Source: a virus. From it: a stretch of 64,000 nucleotides of DNA. A model generated the notes under the pieces. That model was not told where the DNA came from. It did no database searches and saw only the letters and a list, made by a program, of their open reading frames with translations. The translations under genes and the position numbers were made by a program. Shown one piece after another: positions 28,232-37,318 of this stretch. The stretch is taken from the IMG/VR virus record IMGVR_UViG_3300047585_000133, positions 56,291 to 120,290 of that record, one strand, 5' to 3'. Every line of letters begins with the position of its first letter. The first letter of the stretch is position 1.

Positions 28232-28589
28232 CGCCGTACGGTCCGTTCATCTGCTCGTGCATCCGGTTCATTACGTTCCGGTCGTTGAGGTGCTTCACCA
28301 GGTTGGGAAACCACTGGCGCGGGTCGTGCCCGAGCGGCACGGACATGGGGTAGCCGGCGTTGCGGTGCTGAATGACGACCTGCGGGCCTTTTACATCGTC
28401 AGGGCCGAAAGCGCCGGGATCGGTCACGGGAAGCAGCGTGTGGCCGGTTTCCATCCGGACGCTGTGCGGCCCGTTGGGAGTGAATGCCGAGGCGAGCTGC
28501 TGCCGGAAAGCGACGTTGTTCCCGTAGTCTTCCAGACTCTGACCGGAGTGCCGCTCCGGGCTGGTGAAGTGGTAGTCGTTGTATCCCAT
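28224..28589 (-). CDS. Hypothetical protein (ETGHT module paralog)
   Basis: METGHT...PLG...VMNRMHEQM. Confidence 0.65.
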   Translation of the reverse strand: MGYNDYHFTSPERHSGQSLEDYGNNVAFRQQLASAFTPNGPHSVRMETGHTLLPVTDPGAFGPDDVKGPQVVIQHRNAGYPMSVPLGHDPRQWFPNLVKHLNDRNVMNRMHEQMNGPYGDE

Positions 28590-30258
28590 CAGCTCCTCCC
28601 GAACTCATCCCACGGGTCAGTCTCGTCCGGCTCCGGCGGCGGCCACTGGTGACTGACGTCCTCGTGAGCATGCGGCACCGCGACGTGCTCGTGCCGGGGG
28701 ACCGAGTGCTCAGCATCATGATGACGGGGCAGGACGTTAGCTGCTTCCGGCCACTCCGTCGCCTCGCGCACCTCGTCGGCACTCCACCCGTGATGGCTCA
28801 TCATGTGCAGCGGCAGGACTTCGCGCGTATGCGGGTCGTAGTGGAGCATGCTCGTGACAACGTTCCAGCGGTTAGCAATAAATCCCGTATTGCTGGAGGC
28901 GTCCGGAGACCCGTACCAGGGCTGGCTGTCGCGCTCGGCGTGCTCTTCCTCGTGCAGGCTCGTCAGGGTCCGCTGAGGGATCATGTGCGCCGTGCTCAGG
29001 CCGTGGTCGTCGCGCATGTGCTCCCGCAGCTCCGTCAGGCTTCTCAGCGGCCCGTGGGCGCTGCGGCGAAAGGGCGGCGGCTCGCGCTGCGGGAGGCGAA
29101 CTTGCCGTAGAGAGAGCAGCCCGGCTGGTCGTGGTCCCCGGTCGTCGTGCACTCCAGGGCATGGTACTTGGGCCGGTCGGCGGTGTAGTCGTGGTAGCCG
29201 TCGTACCACTGCTTCGGCTCGCCCCGGGTGTCGGCCTTCTCCAGGGGACTCGGGCCGTAGTCGTAAACCCCGTTGACGGCCCGCTGGCCGGCGTTCCACC
29301 CGCGCTGGTAGTGGCCCCGTGCGGTCTTCTCCTCTTCGCCCCGGGCGGCCGTACGGCTCGCACTGTGGAACGGGGTGTCCCGGAACACCTGGTTCGGGGT
29401 ATTCCACCACTGGTTCGGCGACTCTCTTTCGGGCATGCCCTCGCCGCCCCGGTCCGGGGTGGTGGCGTGCACGAACGACCGGGCCGGGTCGCGGGCAAGC
29501 TGCCGCTCGGCTTCCTGGCGGGGGTCGCCGTCCTGGCCCAGGTGCATGAGGTGAATCTGGGAGGAGGCGGGGTGGGTGATCGTGCCGTACCAGTCGCGGC
29601 CTGTTCTGCCGATGGACACCTGGTGCCCGCTGGACAGCGTCCGGTAGGGCCGGGCATTCGCGGTCACCCGCTTCTTCGCTCCCTCGGCCCGCAGCCGGGC
29701 CATGACGCGGGGATCGGCGCCGGAGGCGGCGACGGCCATGTGCCGGACAAGCTGTTCCTCGTTCAGCTGCTGTCCTGCGGTACCCCGGTAACGGAGAGAA
29801 GACTTCTTCTTCGACTTGCCCTTCGGCGGGGGCGGCGGACCGCTATCGTCGTCGTCACCGGGCGGCGGCTCAGTGCCGCTGTCGTCGCCCGGTCCTTCAA
29901 ACGGCCCGTCTCCCGGCTCGGAATCCCCGTGAGGCGGGCCGTCTCCATCCGCAGGGGCTCCGTCCGGGCCGACCATGCCGGGATCGACGAGGCCGCCGTC
30001 CGGGCCGACGTCGGAGGGAGCACCAGGACCCATCGGCATCTGGGGCATACCGGGAAAAGCGGGCTGAACCCGGACGATGTAGTTCTGGCCGCGTTAAACA
30101 GAAGTCACACCCGATCGTCCCGTCAGACCGGCCGACTACCTGACCGCTTCCACAGAACGGGCTAAACAATGGCTGGTGACCAGAGGGTCGCCCGGATCGT
30201 GGGCTTCCTTGATCAGACCAGCCGTGCCAGCACGCAGGTTGCTTGACTTCATTCGCAT
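28589..30258 (-). CDS. Zn-ribbon head-associated modular protein split by 5-nt and 7-nt extra segments and a -1 frameshift site (recoded gene or pseudogene)
   Basis: Removing 30161-30165 and 30091-30097 gives HCPFCGSGQVVGRSDGTIGCDFCGQNYIVRVQPAFPGMPQ; C CCT TTC at 29074-29068 links to the frame ending at 28589. Confidence 0.65.
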
Positions 30259-30301
30259 CACCCCCTTGAAACCGGGGCCGACTCGCGGCCAGATCATCCG
30301 T

Positions 30302-30427
30302 CTAGTTCTTCTGCGGCTGACCACTGACCTGGTCGCCAGACGGGGACGCCGGACTGCCTGACAGCGGGTCGCCCGGGTCATGGGCCGTCCTGGTGCCGAT
30401 ACCGCGCGGCCGGGTCATGGTGCTCAT
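30302..30427 (-). CDS. 41-aa ORF duplicating the N-terminus of the next gene (RTAHDPGDPL)
   Basis: Hand-translated MSTMTRPRGIGTRTAHDPGDPLSGS... Confidence 0.45.
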   Translation of the reverse strand: MSTMTRPRGIGTRTAHDPGDPLSGSPASPSGDQVSGQPQKN

Positions 30428-30439
30428 GACCCTTCCGCG

Positions 30440-30688
30440 TCAGAAAACCTCGCGGGCACCGGACTCGTCGAGGCCGTAATCAGCAGCGCGTACCTCGACG
30501 TCTGCTTTGCGGAGCTTGCGGGCGTCCCTGGCTGCGTCCCGGTACGCGCTGGCGACGTAGAGGAACCAGTCCGACAGCTCTTTCCTTGCTTCGGTGAAGG
30601 TGGCGAAGATCTCGCTGCCGTCTACCGGGTCGTCAGTCGGGAAGACAGTACCGTGCTGGCCGTCAGCCATGAAACCCCAGTTGGTCAC
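30440..30688 (-). CDS. Hypothetical protein
   Basis: ORF track, GTGA overlap. Confidence 0.6.
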   Translation of the reverse strand: MTNWGFMADGQHGTVFPTDDPVDGSEIFATFTEARKELSDWFLYVASAYRDAARDARKLRKADVEVRAADYGLDESGAREVF

Positions 30689-30936
30689 TGCTCCTCCGCC
30701 GGGTACCAGAGGGCGCCCTTCGGGTTAAGTTCTGCCCGGACGCGCCCCTGCTTCTCCAGTTCGCACAGGAGCGACAGCACGAGAGTCAGCGGCGCGGAGG
30801 AAGCCAGGATCTCAGAACGGGCCGGGTGCTCTACCGGAATATGAAATCCCACCTGGAAGGCTGTCAGTCCCGGCTTCTCCGCCAGGATCGCGGCGACGGC
30901 CTGGAGCTGCCGCTCGCGGAGCTGAGCTTTGTTCAC
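30685..30936 (-). CDS. Winged-helix-like small protein
   Basis: PGLTAFQV...LLCELEKQGRV...ALWY. Confidence 0.55.
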   Translation of the reverse strand: MNKAQLRERQLQAVAAILAEKPGLTAFQVGFHIPVEHPARSEILASSAPLTLVLSLLCELEKQGRVRAELNPKGALWYPAEEQ

Positions 30937-31250
30937 GGGACCGGCCCCAGGTACAGTGCGTCCTCGCCCAGGCTAACCAGGTACTTGGTGATTTCCTCGT
31001 GCTGCCGGGAGATGAACGACTCCAGGTTCTCGCGCTCAGACCGAAGCTGAGCCGACTGTGCAGAATAAACGCGGTCGCCTCCGGAGGAGCGGTAAGCATA
31101 TTCGAGTTTTTGCTGCTCCCTCGTTATGTCAGCCAGCCGGTCTTCGGTACGGCTGGCCGCGCGGTACAGCGACAGAACGTGCTGGAGCTGCGCTTCAACT
31201 CGTGCATCCGGGTGCGGCTCGCGGGCCTGTGTCTTCCTTCTCGGGAACAT
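30933..31250 (-). CDS. Coiled-coil hypothetical protein, leaderless
   Basis: TAGAAT-6-ATG on minus strand. Confidence 0.6.
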   Translation of the reverse strand: MFPRRKTQAREPHPDARVEAQLQHVLSLYRAASRTEDRLADITREQQKLEYAYRSSGGDRVYSAQSAQLRSERENLESFISRQHEEITKYLVSLGEDALYLGPVP

Positions 31251-31271
31251 GGTCAGATTCTATGCCGGGAC

Positions 31272-31302
31272 TTGCATTTATTACAGCTTTTCTTGATAAG
31301 AT
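31272..31302 (+). promoter_or_regulatory. Motif promoter (copy 5), leaderless; starts the plus-strand accessory array
   Basis: ATTACAGCTTTTCTTGA-TAAGAT-6-ATG(31309). Confidence 0.75.
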
Positions 31303-31308
31303 CTAAGC

Positions 31309-31824
31309 ATGCCGCGAATGCTAGACAGCCTGACGCCGGCGGAGATCCGCACGGCCGTCCTGGCGCAGATGCTGGAAGAAGGCCCTTGCGGCGGTCGCTG
31401 GACTGAGGCCTACATGCTGTACGGGCCGGTCGCCCAGCGGCTCGGCTCCGGCTGGGGCAGGTCAGGCATGCCCGAGCCGGGCCCGTACGGGGGGCGCCGT
31501 CAGGAGGAAGCGATCCTGAACCGCTACAACGGGCGGGTGACCAGCGCGCTGGAATCCCTCGCCGCCAGCGGCGACCTGGTTAAAGTCGGCAAGAACCAGC
31601 CCGGTCCGAACGGGGTTACCTGGAGCGGGGTGCAGTACTGGGTCCCGGCTGCCTACGAGAAGGAGAAGCGCACGGCCGAGATAAAGGCGGACGCCGCCGC
31701 AGCGGAGAAGCTCCGCTGGGAGCGCGTCGCCGTGCGGCTGCTGCCGTTCGACATCATGCTGAAGAAGGACGGCTCCCTGTCCCTCGACGACTGGGAGCAC
31801 CTGCTGGAGGCGACGGGCCTGTGA
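31309..31824 (+). CDS. Hypothetical protein
   Basis: 171-aa ORF with leaderless start. Confidence 0.65.
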   Translation: MPRMLDSLTPAEIRTAVLAQMLEEGPCGGRWTEAYMLYGPVAQRLGSGWGRSGMPEPGPYGGRRQEEAILNRYNGRVTSALESLAASGDLVKVGKNQPGPNGVTWSGVQYWVPAAYEKEKRTAEIKADAAAAEKLRWERVAVRLLPFDIMLKKDGSLSLDDWEHLLEATGL

Positions 31825-32193
31825 ACGGCGGCATGGAACCAGCAGACCAGTACCACAGCGAAAAAGACGCTGCTCTCCTGGAGCGCGCAGCGGAGGTCCT
31901 CCAGCGCCGCTTCGGCCGCCTGACGTCCGGGGACCTGATCGACGGGCTCACCGGGGCAGCACTGTCGCTGCGGACCCGTACCGGGGACAGTCCGGTCATC
32001 AAGCCGCTCGCGCTGGTCGCTGAGATCCGCCGTCTCCGGAACGGAGAGCAGTCGTGACCAGGTGGGACACGGCTGTCAGCGTGGCAGCGTGGAACGACCT
32101 GGTGAAGCGTTACCGCGAGGTCGGCGGAGAAGAAGCCAGCGACTTCGAGCTGGCGGAGCTGTTGCGGCAGAAGATAACGGAGGTGGAAGGCGA

Positions 32194-32640
32194 GTGAGCG
32201 GGAATCCTCTCAACTACTCGACGATCGTCAGCCCCGACAAGAGCGCGAACGAGTGCACGGCCATGCTCGGCCGGTTCGGCGCTGTCAGGACCGGACTGGC
32301 CTACGACCGGAACCGGGTGCCGTTCGGGCTGACGTTCGTGCTGAACACCCGGTGGGGCGAGCGCCTCTACGAGCTGCCGGTGGACTTCGAGGGCACCTAC
32401 CAGGTCCTGCTGAAGGCCTACAAGGACGGGAAGATCAAACGGAGTTACGCCGAGCGCGGCCACGCACAGCGGGTGGCGTGGCGCGTCGTCAAGGACTGGC
32501 TGGAAGCCAACCTGGCGCTGATCGAGCAGGGCCTGATGGAGGCTGACCGGGTGATGTTCCCGTACATGCTCGTCGCCCCGGAGCTGTCGGTCTTCAGTGC
32601 CTACGACGAGCAGCAGCCGGCGATCGGGAGCGGGCAGTAA
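32194..32640 (+). CDS. Conserved phage protein
   Basis: AQRVAWRVVKDWLEANLALIE...FPYM motif of a common phage family. Confidence 0.7.
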   Translation: MSGNPLNYSTIVSPDKSANECTAMLGRFGAVRTGLAYDRNRVPFGLTFVLNTRWGERLYELPVDFEGTYQVLLKAYKDGKIKRSYAERGHAQRVAWRVVKDWLEANLALIEQGLMEADRVMFPYMLVAPELSVFSAYDEQQPAIGSGQ

Positions 32641-33206
32641 GCACGGCAGAGGACCTGACCACCCTGGTCCGCATCTACGAGCGGTTCGGCGGGTTCGACG
32701 AGGTCGACCCGCCCGAAAAGGAGGACGAGTGAGCGAAACACGGGCAACCCTGGCACCCGGGACGAGCCTTGAGGTGGTAGTGCCCGGTGCGCTGCTGAAG
32801 ATCGATGTCGGAGACGACGGGGAGACGACGGTCCTGACGTTCACCGGAACCGGCACCGAGATCACCGGCATCGCGCCGTCGCTGCGCATCTCGCCCGGGG
32901 CGGACTGGTGAGCGCCCAGGACAAGCCCCGGTGCGCGACCGCGACAGACGCTCTCGTCCAGGCACTGACGGCGGCTGTGCGGCCGGTAGTCACCGGCCGG
33001 GTGGAAGGACGCCTCGACAAGGTGGAATTCGGACGGTTCGCGGCCGAGGGAGCCGGGTGGTACTGGCAGCTCGGCGTCACCACCGAAATGTGCTCTGACC
33101 CGAAGCACCGGACTGACCTGGGCGACACCCTCGAACGGCGCATCCGGATGATCATCGAGAAATGGAAGCTGGATCTTGACAGGTACGAGCACCCACGGGA
33201 GGACGG

Positions 33207-33461
33207 ATGACCCTAGACGAGGCCCGCGAGCACATCGGCGAGAGGGTGCTTTACTCCTCCGTCCCCGGCGAGTGCGAGGTTGGCGAGATCATCGCGGCCG
33301 GCAGGAAGTACGTCCACGTGCTCTACTTCGGCCAGCCGAACGCGAAGGCGACGCCGCCTGAGCTGCTGACCCTCATGCGCGGCGGCAGCGTGCACGAGCA
33401 CTTCCACCTGAACATGGCCGAGTCCGGGTTCCCGGTTCGAATGTACGGAGACGGCCTGTGA
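33207..33461 (+). CDS. Small SH3-like barrel protein
   Basis: IGERVLY...EVGEI...YVHVLY...ATPPELL. Confidence 0.6.
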   Translation: MTLDEAREHIGERVLYSSVPGECEVGEIIAAGRKYVHVLYFGQPNAKATPPELLTLMRGGSVHEHFHLNMAESGFPVRMYGDGL

Positions 33462-34261
33462 CGACTAGCAGGCGCAGAGTTCTCCTCGGGTGCGAGTGCT
33501 CCGGCCGGGTGCGGGACGAGTTCGCGAAGCTCGGCTGGGAAGCGTGGTCGGCTGACATCCTGCTAAGCGAAAGTCCCGACAGCGGCGTACAGGGACGTGG
33601 CTCGGCCCGGCATTACAAGGGCGACGTCCTCGACCTGTTCTCCTGGGATCACCCGGTGAACGGCTCACGGGACAGGTACAGGCGGCTGGACAATGACGGA
33701 GCAGACGCTCCGCTGTGGGACCTGGTGATCGCATTCCCGCCGTGCACGCACCTGTCGCTGGCCGGGGCGGTGTGGTGGAAGAAGAAGCGCGAGCCCCGGG
33801 GGTACTGGGACGACGGGCTAGACAAATGGATCGAGATCCCCTCGCTCCAGGACGAGGCGGCTGGCTTCTTCATGGAGATGATCGGCGCCCCGGCGCCGTA
33901 CGTGGCGGTGGAGAACCCGCGCGGGGACATGACCCGGCGCTACCGGGCGCCTGACCAGTACGTGCAGCCGCACATGTTCGGCGACCCCCTGATCAAGGCG
34001 ACCGGGCTGTGGCTGAAGGGCCTGCCGCTCCTGGTCGCCGACAACCCCGTCGAGCCGGCCGGGCGGGTGGCGACCGGCGGGGGCTCGTGGCGCACCGACC
34101 GGGACAACCCTAAGGAAGGCTGGGAGCCGAGCAACCGGCATGAGGACGGCAAGGGCCGTAAGTTCCGGCAGCGTGAGCGCAACCGGACGCTGCCCGGCCT
34201 GGCACGGGCAATGGCCCAGCAGTGGTCGGCTTTCATCGAAGAACAGGAGAAAACAGCATGA
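33458..34261 (+). CDS. DNA cytosine-C5 methyltransferase-like protein (short phage type)
   Basis: VLLGCECSG motif I variant, DLVIAFPPCT catalytic PC, VENP motif VI. Confidence 0.8.
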   Translation: MTTSRRRVLLGCECSGRVRDEFAKLGWEAWSADILLSESPDSGVQGRGSARHYKGDVLDLFSWDHPVNGSRDRYRRLDNDGADAPLWDLVIAFPPCTHLSLAGAVWWKKKREPRGYWDDGLDKWIEIPSLQDEAAGFFMEMIGAPAPYVAVENPRGDMTRRYRAPDQYVQPHMFGDPLIKATGLWLKGLPLLVADNPVEPAGRVATGGGSWRTDRDNPKEGWEPSNRHEDGKGRKFRQRERNRTLPGLARAMAQQWSAFIEEQEKTA

Positions 34262-34292
34262 AGATGCCCGATCCGGACCCGGCGGTGGCGCT

Positions 34293-34997
34293 GTGACGGC
34301 GAAAGGCAAGGACCAGCGCGGCCCCTGGGGCGAAGCGACGGCCGAGGCCACGGTGGACGAGGCGCTGAGGCTCATGAAGCCGACGAGGCACTGCACCCCC
34401 GAAGTGCTGGCTCTCCTGGCCGCCGAACTCCCCGGGATCTCCGGGTCCGTCTCGGAGATCGCGGCCATGAAGCCGCTGCGGCTGGCCTCTCGCCTGATCG
34501 GGATGCAGTTCGTGGACGAGGACGACCTGTTCGACATCGCCAGGGACGTGGACGAGGACGACCTGTTCGACATCGCCAGGGACCTGATCGCCGGGTTCCA
34601 GGCGATGCTCGGCCCTCAGCCTGAACCGGAAGCCAAGCCTGAACCTGAGCAGCCCAAGGCGGCGCCGGCCCCTGAGCAGCGCGCCCGGCAGAAGTCGGCT
34701 CGTACCGAGGAGGAGTACCGCAGGTTGCTGCTCGGCTCAGCCCAGGGACGCAAGAGCACCATGAGCGGCGACATCCGGCTCGGGGCGACAGTCATTGAGT
34801 CATTCGAGACTATGAGCGGGGACGTAACCCTTGACGGCACCATCGTGCTCAGCGGCGGCAGCACCATGAGCGGTGACCTCCGGGGTTCTGCCTACATGCC
34901 GCGCGGTGCCAGGATCTCGACGATATCCGGTGACGACCGGCTCGACGTGCGCGTGGAGTCCTATGAGGAACTCGCCCGCCTGGCAGGCCTGACGTGA
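34293..34997 (+). CDS. Hypothetical protein with TMSGD beta-solenoid repeats (DUF4097-like)
   Basis: STMSGDI/ETMSGDV/STMSGDL/STISGD. Confidence 0.6.
   Translation: MTAKGKDQRGPWGEATAEATVDEALRLMKPTRHCTPEVLALLAAELPGISGSVSEIAAMKPLRLASRLIGMQFVDEDDLFDIARDVDEDDLFDIARDLIAGFQAMLGPQPEPEAKPEPEQPKAAPAPEQRARQKSARTEEEYRRLLLGSAQGRKSTMSGDIRLGATVIESFETMSGDVTLDGTIVLSGGSTMSGDLRGSAYMPRGARISTISGDDRLDVRVESYEELARLAGLT
34511..34583. repeat. Perfect 36-bp tandem duplication (VDEDDLFDIARD x2)
   Basis: CGTGGACGAGGACGACCTGTTCGACATCGCCAGGGA twice. Confidence 0.9.
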
Positions 34998-35464
34998 GCG
35001 GCCGGTGGAACCTGTACTGGTACGAGGCCCGCGCGGTGATCGGCTGCGGAGAGGCGTACCTGCCGCTGGAAGACCTGGAGGCGGCGCTGCGGGAACTGCG
35101 GTGGCAGGACACCAGGAACCTGAACGTGGGTGCGGCTAACAGCAGAGAGGCCCGTGTCGTCATCGTGACAAGGGCACGGCACTCAGGCGAGGCAGCCGAG
35201 CGCCTCGTGGCGGGACTGGCTGCTGCCGCGCCGCGCGGCTGGAACTGGGCTCAGGCCGAGGTGGAGGCCCGCCGTGTCAAAGAGGGCATCGTCCGCTGGC
35301 CGAGACTGGCGGTGAACCCGGCGCTGGGGGAGCAGACGTGCGCCAGCGCAGCTACGTGGCTGGCCGGGCGGGCGGCGACGACAGAAGCCCCGGCGGCGGA
35401 GACGCTGGAGCTGCTGCGGATGTGCGGGCTGACCACCAGCGCGGGCAGGGAGGAGAACCTGTGA
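34994..35464 (+). CDS. Hypothetical protein
   Basis: ORF track, GTGA overlaps. Confidence 0.55.
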   Translation: MSGRWNLYWYEARAVIGCGEAYLPLEDLEAALRELRWQDTRNLNVGAANSREARVVIVTRARHSGEAAERLVAGLAAAAPRGWNWAQAEVEARRVKEGIVRWPRLAVNPALGEQTCASAATWLAGRAATTEAPAAETLELLRMCGLTTSAGREENL

Positions 35465-35809
35465 GCGCCTGGAACATCATGGGCTTCACGTCGGTCGAGC
35501 AGATGTACGTGGTCGAAGGGGCGCTGCGGCTGGAAGTCAGCTACGAGGGGTTCGTCATCATGGTGGGGACGGACTTCATCCGGCAGCAGGCATCCGGGTA
35601 CGAGACCCCGAACCAGTTCGCTTCCGTGTGCCGGGACCGGGACGGGCGCCGGGCGCGGGCTCTTGAGCGGTACTTCGGGTGGGAGCAGGGTCTGTGACGC
35701 AGGAGCCGGAGCGGCTGTCGTCCTGCTGCGGTGCGCCTGTCACGGTGAAAGGCCGGACGACGCAGTACTGGGCGTGCACGGGATGCGGGCAGCCGTGTGA
35801 CGCAAAACC

Positions 35810-35838
35810 TGTCTCAATACAGCTTTTATTGATAAGAT
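35810..35838 (+). promoter_or_regulatory. Motif promoter (copy 6)
   Basis: AATACAGCTTTTATTGA-TAAGAT. Confidence 0.7.
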
Positions 35839-35865
35839 TCTGGCACGAGCCATTACGGAGGAATC

Positions 35866-36234
35866 ATGAACGGGTACGCGCTGCTGCGCTACGACATCAA
35901 AGAAGGCACGATGACGTCGCTGGGCGTCTACCTGGCCGCTGACACGGCGGTAGCCAACGCCGAGTACGACGTAAACGCGCGCCGTGGCCTGCGGGCCGGT
36001 GCTGACGGCCAGCGTCTTGAGCCGGCGGAGGAAGAGATCTCCCTGGACTGGCAGGCTGCCGGGGACGAGCCGAGCGGCCTCGTTGCCTGCGACTGGTGGG
36101 CGGTCAGCGACTACGGCTCGTACTACATCTCCACGGTCGAGGTAGTCGGGGAAAACACCTGGTCGGCCGCCGGGAAGGCTATGTCCCTGCTGCGGCAGGT
36201 GCTGACCTCGATCGTGCGGCACGGGGCGGCGTGA
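35866..36234 (+). CDS. Hypothetical protein
   Basis: GGAGG RBS downstream of motif promoter. Confidence 0.65.
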   Translation: MNGYALLRYDIKEGTMTSLGVYLAADTAVANAEYDVNARRGLRAGADGQRLEPAEEEISLDWQAAGDEPSGLVACDWWAVSDYGSYYISTVEVVGENTWSAAGKAMSLLRQVLTSIVRHGAA

Positions 36235-37289
36235 ACCCGGTGCACGAAGAAGAACTGACCCCGGTATTGCAGATGGAAGCCGAGTACGCCCCGTATATCG
36301 GTTTTTCCTTTACCTGCGACTTCCGCGTGCTCGGTGATGAAGACTGGGAGTGGCTGCGTCTCCGGGCTGTCCCCGGGACAGATATCAAAGTCTGCGCGGG
36401 CAAGGTAGCCGGCACGGCAGAGATTACCTACGTGGACGAGATCCTGCGGGTAATCGGGCTTCGCGGGACGGCGTGATGACCAGGGTGCCGCCCACCGGGC
36501 TGTACGAGTGTCCGTGCGGCGAGTCCCACGTGCTGGACGCCGTACTGGGAGAGTTCATCGCGGACCTCGGGCCGGACAGGCTGACGGAGACCGTCCAGGG
36601 CACCTACCTGGTACCCCGTGTCTACATCTTCGCGCACGGTATCAAGGGCAAGAACGTCGCGAGGCTGGCATCGGTCTACGGGTGGGAGCAGGCATGAACG
36701 GCATCGTGAATATCCTGCTGGGACAGCGGGCGGACGGCAGGGCCGCCGGAAAAGACCGGAGGCCGTGGGCTGAGGGCGAGGAGGTTACCATCCTCGCGTG
36801 CGATCTCAGAACCGGGAAGCCGGTACGGGGATCGCTTGTGGTGCACTGCTCAGTTGCCGAGGCCGACGGCTTCTACGTCGCTGTCCTCGTCGGCGACGGC
36901 CGGAAGGCTGCCTACGAGGTATTCCGTGCGCGTACCGGCTGGGACGTCCGTCCGGCCCCCAGCCCCTGGCGGCTGCACCACGGGAGCTGGAAGCGGTGAG
37001 CCGCCAGCTGACGAAAGGCGAGCGGAACGAGGCCCGGCACCTGCTCCAGGAACTGTCGGAAACCGCTCGCCTGGTGCGGAACGCGGTCGAGCCGGAAACC
37101 GGCGTCTTCGTGCTGACGGCCGAGCAGTGGGAACAGCAGTGGAACCAGATGACGCTGGCGCTCGAAGTCTTCACGGCTCAGGTGAGGGCGAGGCAGTGAC
37201 TGGCCGGCCGCACTGCCCGGTGCTGGTGGACCGGGCCACGGGCCTGACACCTGATCACGTGGAAACTGTCAGGGAATGGCTGAAGACGC

Positions 37290-37318
37290 TTTAAGTTTAT
37301 CAATAAAAGCTGTATCCT
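37290..37318 (+). promoter_or_regulatory. Motif promoter, inverted spacer (copy 7)
   Basis: TTTAAG-TTTATCAATAAAAGCTG-TATCCT. Confidence 0.65.

Noticed and set aside
30088-30170. Group I micro-introns explaining the 5- and 7-nt segments
   Set aside because: Far too short for a ribozyme, and the U/G splice boundaries do not fit both sites
33458-34261. Restriction-modification system
   Set aside because: Orphan methylase-like gene with no adjacent restriction nuclease
34511-34583. 36-bp perfect duplication as a functional element
   Set aside because: Single in-frame duplication, most simply slippage or an assembly artefact
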